A stretch of DNA of 64,000 nucleotides from an uncultured Bacteroidales bacterium (GTDB taxonomy: Bacteria; Bacteroidota; Bacteroidia; Bacteroidales; VadinHA17), in NCBI GenBank assembly GCA_963732575.1, contig CAVTAA010000006.1, positions 64,509-128,508 on the forward strand, given 5' to 3'. The notes beneath the pieces were generated by a model. That model made no database searches and was not told the origin of the DNA. It saw only the letters and a list, made by a program, of their open reading frames with translations. This document shows positions 61,416 through 64,000 of this stretch, piece by piece; position 1 is the stretch's first letter, and each line of letters starts with the position of its first letter. The translations under genes and the position numbers were made by a program.

Positions 61416-61468
61416 TTTTAATATGTCCTTTTTTATTAACTTCGCCTGCAGCAGGAATATCAGCAGGG

Positions 61469-64000
61469 ATGGCCAAAATTATTAAAAAAATCGGCAGGAT
61501 AATTCTCATAATCTTAACGGTGATTATTTTGATACCGGCAGTCTCCTTTTTGCTGGCACAGACCCCCAGGGTCCAGGACTTTCTTGTTAGTTATCTTACC
61601 GGGACCCTGTCAAAAAAGACCGGGGCTGAGGTCCGCATCGGAAAAGCCTCTTACACCATTTTCAACAAGGTCGTGCTTAATGACGCACTCTTTCTCGATC
61701 ACAACGGCGACACCCTCCTTGCCGTACGGAAGATTGATCTGAGGCTGAGGGAGTTTAATCCATCGGCAAAAGTGTTCAGGTTTGGCAGGGCTGATCTCTA
61801 TGACCCTGACTTCAGGCTGATAACAGACACGGCAGGGGTGATGAATCTTACCCGTTACATCGATGCAATTCGGAGCGACAAGGCGGGTGATACCACAAGC
61901 AGTGTGGAAGTCAGTTTTTCGAATATTGAAGTTTATAACGGCTCCTTTACACTTTTAAACAGGAATGATACGATCGGGTCACAGAATGGAAAGGTTAACT
62001 TTAAAGATCTGAGAGTAAGTGCTATAAACACAAATATCAGGGACCTCAGCGTTGTATCTGATTCAGTATCCATGAACATCAGGAACCTGGCTTTCATCGA
62101 ATCCGGCGGTTTCTATTGCAAAAGGCTTAATATGAGTGCCACAGTCGGCAGTGACGGCCTCGCTTTCAGGCAGGTTGATATTCTGACAGATTCCAGTACA
62201 ATTGTGGCCGAGAGGATAATTCTGCGGCCACATAGCGAGACGGGATACTCTGACTTTGTCAATAAGGTCAGGTTTAATTTTGTGTTTGAAGATTCGTGGC
62301 TCCATTCAGGCGATCTTGCACAGTTTGTGTGGCCCCTTGCAGGCGTCACCGAATTTGTCAGCCTTTCAGGCCGTGTAAGCGGCACTGTGGCAGAAATGAA
62401 AGGACGCAACATCAGAATTGAGTATGCCGGTTCAACAAGGCTGGGATTTGACTTCGATATTTCAGGACTGCCGTCTGTCAGTGACAGCTACCTCCACATA
62501 GTATTCAATGAAATGCAGACCACGGCGGAGGATCTTGAGCAGATTGGTCTGCCTGGCTCAAGAGTGATAAAGTTACCTGTGATAGCGCATGATCTTGGGT
62601 TGATTTCATACGATGGCAGTTTCACCGGCTTCACCACCGATTTCGTCAGTTTCGGTACCCTGACAACTGAAATTGGAAGCTTCAATACTGACCTGTCACT
62701 AAGGCCTGACGGAAAGGAAATGTTCAACTTCAAAGGCCTGCTAAAGGCAAAAGATGTAAACCTTGGCTATATAACACGGAACAGTGAGATGTTCGGGGAC
62801 TTATCTCTTCACGGGAATGTTGAAGGTTCTATGAAGTCATTCAAGCACCTTTCAGCGAAGATCAACGGCACTGTTGACAGCGTGGAGATAAACAATTACC
62901 TCTACCGCAATATCTCTCTCGAAGGAACTTATATCGACAAGATCTGGGACGGCGCTGTTACTGTAAGGGACAAAAACATTAACATGGACATCCTTGGAAG
63001 GTTTGATATTCACAAGACCATGCCTGAGTTTGATTTCACGATGAACATCGCCCATGCTGACCTCTACAGGCTTAATCTGATTGAAAGTGATACTGTCTTC
63101 AGGGCAACAGCCCTTCTCACCGCATCTTTCAGAGGCACAGGGATAGATAACATTGACGGAGACCTGAGGCTGATAAACTCGACTTTGCAGAATTCAAACG
63201 GACGGATTAACATATATGATTTCCTTATAACCTCAGTCAGGGACAGAGGCGTACCGGTGCTTTCCCTGAAATCAGATTTTGCAGATGCAGAGGTGAGGGG
63301 TGTCTTTTCTCCTGATGATATAAAGAATACTGCCCGTTTGGTTCTCTCGGAACTCTTTCCGTCAAAGTATCCGGAGCCGTTAAATAAAACGGCGGGAGAT
63401 TTGCCGGCCAGTGATTTCACTTTTGATGCGCGCATCAAAAAGATCGACAGGCTGAATGAATTCTTCGCTACCGGGCTGAGCATCGCAGAAGGAAGCCGTC
63501 TGAGCGGTCGCTTCATGTCTGAGCCTGCGGAGACCGTTGCACAGTTCAGGTCAGGGTCTGTTGAATATGCCGGGGTAAGGATGGGGAACTTGCAGCTTAA
63601 CAGCTCGGTCAGCCATGACAGAATAGCCCTTTCATTAAACGCAGACACAGTTCTCCTGCCTGACAAGTCAGAGATGGAAAACTTTATTCTTGAAGCAACC
63701 GGCTACAGAGATACGATTGATCTCGGTATTAAATGGGATAATAAAGACGCTGACCGCACGCTGGGCGACATCAGGGCCAAAGGATTTTTCAGCATCAACA
63801 ACCTTAACAAACCCGTCCTTGTTATTGGGGTACTCCCGGCACTTTTCAATGTCAATCATGTTGAGTGGGCGATAAGCCCGGCACGTATTGTCGTTGATTC
63901 AACCAGCGCCCATTTCGACAATCTCCTCATTAACAGCAAAACCAACTTTATCAGACTTGACGGCAGGCTTTCCCCTGATGAGGATGACAAACTGACCCTG
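61469..64000 (+). CDS. TamB/AsmA-like translocation and assembly module protein, 3' end outside window
   Basis: This ORF is not in the supplied track because it has no stop in the window. By my manual translation, the frame starting at ATG 61469 (MAKIIKKIGRIILIILTVIILIPAVSFLLAQTPRVQDFLVSYLTG..) is open for 844 codons to base 64000. It has an N-terminal anchor, a long beta-rich repetitive body, and lies divergent from tsaD. Confidence 0.7.
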   Translation, partial: MAKIIKKIGRIILIILTVIILIPAVSFLLAQTPRVQDFLVSYLTGTLSKKTGAEVRIGKASYTIFNKVVLNDALFLDHNGDTLLAVRKIDLRLREFNPSAKVFRFGRADLYDPDFRLITDTAGVMNLTRYIDAIRSDKAGDTTSSVEVSFSNIEVYNGSFTLLNRNDTIGSQNGKVNFKDLRVSAINTNIRDLSVVSDSVSMNIRNLAFIESGGFYCKRLNMSATVGSDGLAFRQVDILTDSSTIVAERIILRPHSETGYSDFVNKVRFNFVFEDSWLHSGDLAQFVWPLAGVTEFVSLSGRVSGTVAEMKGRNIRIEYAGSTRLGFDFDISGLPSVSDSYLHIVFNEMQTTAEDLEQIGLPGSRVIKLPVIAHDLGLISYDGSFTGFTTDFVSFGTLTTEIGSFNTDLSLRPDGKEMFNFKGLLKAKDVNLGYITRNSEMFGDLSLHGNVEGSMKSFKHLSAKINGTVDSVEINNYLYRNISLEGTYIDKIWDGAVTVRDKNINMDILGRFDIHKTMPEFDFTMNIAHADLYRLNLIESDTVFRATALLTASFRGTGIDNIDGDLRLINSTLQNSNGRINIYDFLITSVRDRGVPVLSLKSDFADAEVRGVFSPDDIKNTARLVLSELFPSKYPEPLNKTAGDLPASDFTFDARIKKIDRLNEFFATGLSIAEGSRLSGRFMSEPAETVAQFRSGSVEYAGVRMGNLQLNSSVSHDRIALSLNADTVLLPDKSEMENFILEATGYRDTIDLGIKWDNKDADRTLGDIRAKGFFSINNLNKPVLVIGVLPALFNVNHVEWAISPARIVVDSTSAHFDNLLINSKTNFIRLDGRLSPDEDDKLTL

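Noticed and set aside
1-64000. Mobile elements, a prophage, a defence island, tRNA or rRNA genes.
   Set aside because: I found no transposase, integrase, recombinase, nuclease-ATPase defence signatures, terminal inverted repeats or cloverleaf-like sequences in any intergenic region. All larger gaps (3585-3987, 31899-32210, 46450-46704) look like ordinary AT-rich promoter regions.

Overview
This 64-kb window looks like Bacteroidota-type chromosomal DNA. The evidence is family content: DUF3078, DUF4197, a SusB-like GH97, TamB divergent from tsaD, lipoprotein signal peptides and TAnnTTTG-like -7 boxes. I support about 58 protein-coding loci, and I recognise no rRNA, tRNA, CRISPR array, transposase, integrase or phage gene.

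Gene content from left to right:
- 1-7.1 kb: an amidohydrolase, a GT2 plus ArnT-like GT39 pair, a redoxin, an FkbM methyltransferase and an ABC-2 exporter.
- 7.2-14.9 kb: heavily frameshifted TolB-like, GH97, GH95, ICMT-like and serA genes.
- 15.06-26.16 kb: a completely intact, tightly packed ten-gene operon. It encodes a ferrochelatase-fold protein, an SDR-DUF2867 protein, a PPDK/PEP-synthase-like phosphotransferase, a PlsY-like membrane protein, a predicted beta-barrel, and a LolD-like ATPase with two FtsX permeases and a LolA-like carrier. This is my best candidate for an undescribed envelope lipid synthesis and export system.
- 26.26-27.18 kb: a secreted cutinase/PETase-like alpha/beta hydrolase on the minus strand.
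- 27.3-31.9 kb: a second frameshift-dense stretch with an epimerase, a steroid-5-alpha-reductase-like gene, a membrane protein and a prolyl oligopeptidase.
- 32.2-41.4 kb: an eleven-gene respiratory and copper operon. It holds an HMA lipoprotein, a minimal NrfC-like/NrfD-like/monoheme cytochrome c module, DoxX, SCO1, a caa3 oxidase in the order I-III-IV-II, and heme O synthase.
- 41.4-51.8 kb: a beta-lactamase-family hydrolase and a GH38-like enzyme, then a nagA-ROK-MFS-SIS-URO-D-family operon.
- 51.8-64 kb: patatin, small secreted coiled-coil proteins, DUF4197, DUF3078, upp, a nucleoside permease, zupT, a J-domain membrane protein, a thioesterase, tsaD and a 3'-truncated TamB-like gene.

By manual frame tracing, roughly 50 single-base frameshifts interrupt otherwise recognisable genes. 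This count is approximate. Most of the shifts I could localise sit in short homopolymers, and they are distributed very unevenly. Because serA, tsaD and cytochrome oxidase subunits I and II are also hit, I favour sequencing or assembly error over true pseudogenisation, but the sequence alone cannot settle this. All functional calls come from my reading of the translated ORFs, with no database search.
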